A stretch of DNA of 64,000 bases from Patescibacteria group bacterium (GTDB lineage Bacteria > Patescibacteriota > UBA1384 > XYA2-FULL-43-10 > 1-14-0-10-43-13). The notes beneath the pieces were generated by a model. The model saw only the letters and a program-made list of their open reading frames with translations. It did not search any database and had not been told where the DNA came from. A program made the translations under genes and the position numbers. The stretch is from NCBI GenBank assembly GCA_041674765.1, contig JBAYVE010000001.1, positions 2,321 through 66,320 of the forward strand, read 5' to 3'. This document shows positions 62,163-64,000 of the stretch, piece by piece (position 1 is the first letter of the stretch; the number at the start of each line of letters is the position of its first letter).

Positions 62163-63082
62163 GAATATTAGAAAAAAAGGACTTCAGTCCTGAAGCGTTG
62201 GACATGCTTCGAACTATCGGTGACATTTCTTTGTATTCCGAAGGGGATTTAGGCCAGTTTATTTCAAGTAAAGAAGTGATTTTTATCAGGATCAAGCATT
62301 TTTGGGATAAGGAAATGTTCGCTAAGGCCAAAAGACTTAAATATCTTTGTACTCCAACAACTGGGCTAAATCATATTGACCTTGCCGAGGCAGAGAAAAG
62401 AGGAGTCAAAATTATCTCGCTCAAGGGCGAATATGATTTTACCGGGACTATTGCCGCGACTCCAGAACATACATTCGGCCTAACACTGGCTTTGTTGCGC
62501 AATTATAAAGAAGCCTTTCTGAGTGAAAAAAATAAGGAATGGGATAGAGACCAATATAAGGGTCATGAAATAAAAGACAACAAGGTTGGGATAATCGGTT
62601 TTGGCAGAGTCGGCCGGATGATCGCCGGTTATTTTAAAACCTTCGGAGCAGAGGTTTTTTTCTTTGATGCGGATCAAGAAAAACAACCTTTAAACGGAGA
62701 AACTAAGTGTTTGAGTGTCGGCGAATTGATTTCAGGGTCCAACATTATTATTTTGGCTGCCTCGTACTCGGAAGGCAATAATAAATTCATCGGTAAAAAG
62801 GAATTTGATTTGATGGCTGATAAGTATTTTATCAATACGGCGAGAGGAGAATTGGTAGATGAAGATTATCTGTTGGACCGGATTGAGGCTGGTGCTTTCG
62901 CCGGAGTTGCTGTGGACGTAATTACCCGCGAGAATCACCAAAACAATCTTGAAAGATGGCTTAGCCTTGTAAATAATAGAAATCTGATTATCACCCCTCA
63001 TATCGCCGGCGCAACCTATGAATCTATGGAGAAGACGGAGATATTCGTTGCCAATCAATTAATAAAACAAATTGAAAAATGA
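62153..63082 (+). CDS. D-isomer-specific 2-hydroxyacid dehydrogenase family protein (NAD-binding)
   Basis: VGIIGFGRVGRMIAGYF...; RGELVDEDYL...; IITPHIAGAT. Confidence 0.8.
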   Translation: MQIGILEKKDFSPEALDMLRTIGDISLYSEGDLGQFISSKEVIFIRIKHFWDKEMFAKAKRLKYLCTPTTGLNHIDLAEAEKRGVKIISLKGEYDFTGTIAATPEHTFGLTLALLRNYKEAFLSEKNKEWDRDQYKGHEIKDNKVGIIGFGRVGRMIAGYFKTFGAEVFFFDADQEKQPLNGETKCLSVGELISGSNIIILAASYSEGNNKFIGKKEFDLMADKYFINTARGELVDEDYLLDRIEAGAFAGVAVDVITRENHQNNLERWLSLVNNRNLIITPHIAGATYESMEKTEIFVANQLIKQIEK

Positions 63083-64000
63083 ATGATCTAAAACAGAAAA
63101 ATGTTATGTTGGTCTACTTTTACGACCAATTTTGGCGCGATGTAGCCATCAGGCTCAAATCTGAAGGAGCCAGAATTTCCTGCATTGTAACTGACAATAA
63201 ACCATTTTTTCAGAGTGCATTTAAGGATGCTCAAATAATTGATGAAAAGGAGCTAGAGCGGCCTGAACGAATAACAAAACTGGACAATTCTGTTTCTTTG
63301 TCCGAAAAGTTACTCAAGGATCTTTCATATGATGAGAACGTATTTTTGTCGATTACTGACCGTCTCTCCTTTTTTCCGGTATCAGTTCACACTCGCAAAA
63401 AAGTTTTCAAAGAGCTGGTCAGTTATTGGCTTTATATTTTGCAAGACCAGAATATCGATGTAATTATTTTCCCGCGGATGCCTCATATGGGCGCCGAGAA
63501 TGTGCTTTTTTCTGTCGCCAAAAAATTGAAAATAAAAACAATATACATTGAAAGAACTCTGATCAGCGACCGCGTACTTCTAATAGAAGAAGAGATCGAG
63601 AAAACAAAGGTTATAGCGCAAGCCTTATCGGAGACGAAAACTTTAGATGAGATTGATCCTGGGCTGTATAAAGATGTTTTTGCAGAAAGTGAGTGGTTGA
63701 ACCGATCGAAAACGATCAATAATGCTGTGATCGCAAAGAAGAACAAGCAAATCTCCTCAATAATTAGTGCTAATAAAGGGCTCTTTTCCAGAATTGGCAG
63801 ATTGTTTAAGTCTGCTGAGAGCAGCCAGTTTTTCTTCAATCGTCTTTACCCAAATTGGTATGTCTTTATTATTGTTTTTTTCTATAATTTTAAGTGCAGA
63901 GAGCTCCGGCGTTTTTATGAAAATAATTGCGTAGCCCCGGAACTTCAGAAGAAATTTGTTTTTTTCCCTTTGCATTTTCAGGTTGAGAGGACAACATTGC
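63079..64000 (+). CDS. Hypothetical protein, 5' portion (continues past the window end); possibly a capsule-polysaccharide-biosynthesis (KpsC/KpsS-like) family member
   Basis: ATG 63079 overlaps the upstream stop (ATGA); ...KKFVFFPLHFQVERTT at the window end loosely resembles the LQV..D motif of Capsule_synth proteins. Confidence 0.3.
   Translation, partial: MNDLKQKNVMLVYFYDQFWRDVAIRLKSEGARISCIVTDNKPFFQSAFKDAQIIDEKELERPERITKLDNSVSLSEKLLKDLSYDENVFLSITDRLSFFPVSVHTRKKVFKELVSYWLYILQDQNIDVIIFPRMPHMGAENVLFSVAKKLKIKTIYIERTLISDRVLLIEEEIEKTKVIAQALSETKTLDEIDPGLYKDVFAESEWLNRSKTINNAVIAKKNKQISSIISANKGLFSRIGRLFKSAESSQFFFNRLYPNWYVFIIVFFYNFKCRELRRFYENNCVAPELQKKFVFFPLHFQVERTTL

Noticed and set aside
1-64000. 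CRISPR arrays, IS elements/transposases, rRNA genes, prophage structural genes
   Set aside because: No direct-repeat/spacer periodicity, no transposase-like (DDE/HTH) ORFs and no rRNA-like sequence or capsid/terminase-like ORFs were seen. The only recombinase is a Xer-type enzyme, interpreted as chromosomal.

Overview
This window reads as a low-GC (about 40%), gene-dense chromosomal segment from a small-genome, probably monoderm bacterium. The gene content is consistent with a Patescibacteria/CPR-like lineage; that placement is inference only. It spans the chromosomal origin: rpmH-rnpA-yidD-yidC on the minus strand diverge from dnaA-dnaN-recF-DUF721 on the plus strand, with DnaA boxes in the dnaA-dnaN spacer. 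A tRNA-Ser(CGA) lies nearby, and a 45-aa rpmH is missed by the ORF track. Three accessory blocks stand out.

(1) 16174-39272, minus strand: a tightly packed operon of about 23 kb. Its genes, in order, are uppP, a TPR membrane protein, a secreted protein, a VirB6-like polytopic protein, a cytoplasmic hypothetical, a VirB3-like protein, a VirB4 N-terminal-domain protein, the VirB4 ATPase, an SLT+CHAP hydrolase, a TolB-like propeller, an M23-like protein and a 2847-aa giant surface protein. This is a Gram-positive-style type IV secretion-like apparatus that lacks a VirD4 coupling protein or relaxase in the window and is combined with a cell-wall-hydrolase module. It is the best candidate for a poorly described cell-surface or host-interaction system.

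(2) 1125-6680, plus strand: galU, a lipoprotein solute-binding protein, and an 832-aa secreted protein whose C-terminus is a two-TM hairpin. That hairpin is paralogous to the two small proteins that follow. A standalone PilB/GspE ATPase is encoded convergently.

(3) 47022-64000, plus strand: a surface-glycan locus. It encodes CDP-3,6-dideoxyhexose genes rfbF/rfbG/rfbH plus a ThDP-dependent AHAS-like enzyme, which suggests a branched yersiniose-like sugar. It also encodes NeuB/NeuC/NeuA-type nonulosonic acid genes, two GtrA-like proteins, a GtrB-like GT2 and a putative GT-C. An island of roughly 0.8 kb at about 56% GC carries a NUDIX-like gene.

No CRISPR array, IS element or rRNA gene was seen. 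All functional calls are made by eye from motifs and carry the stated uncertainties.
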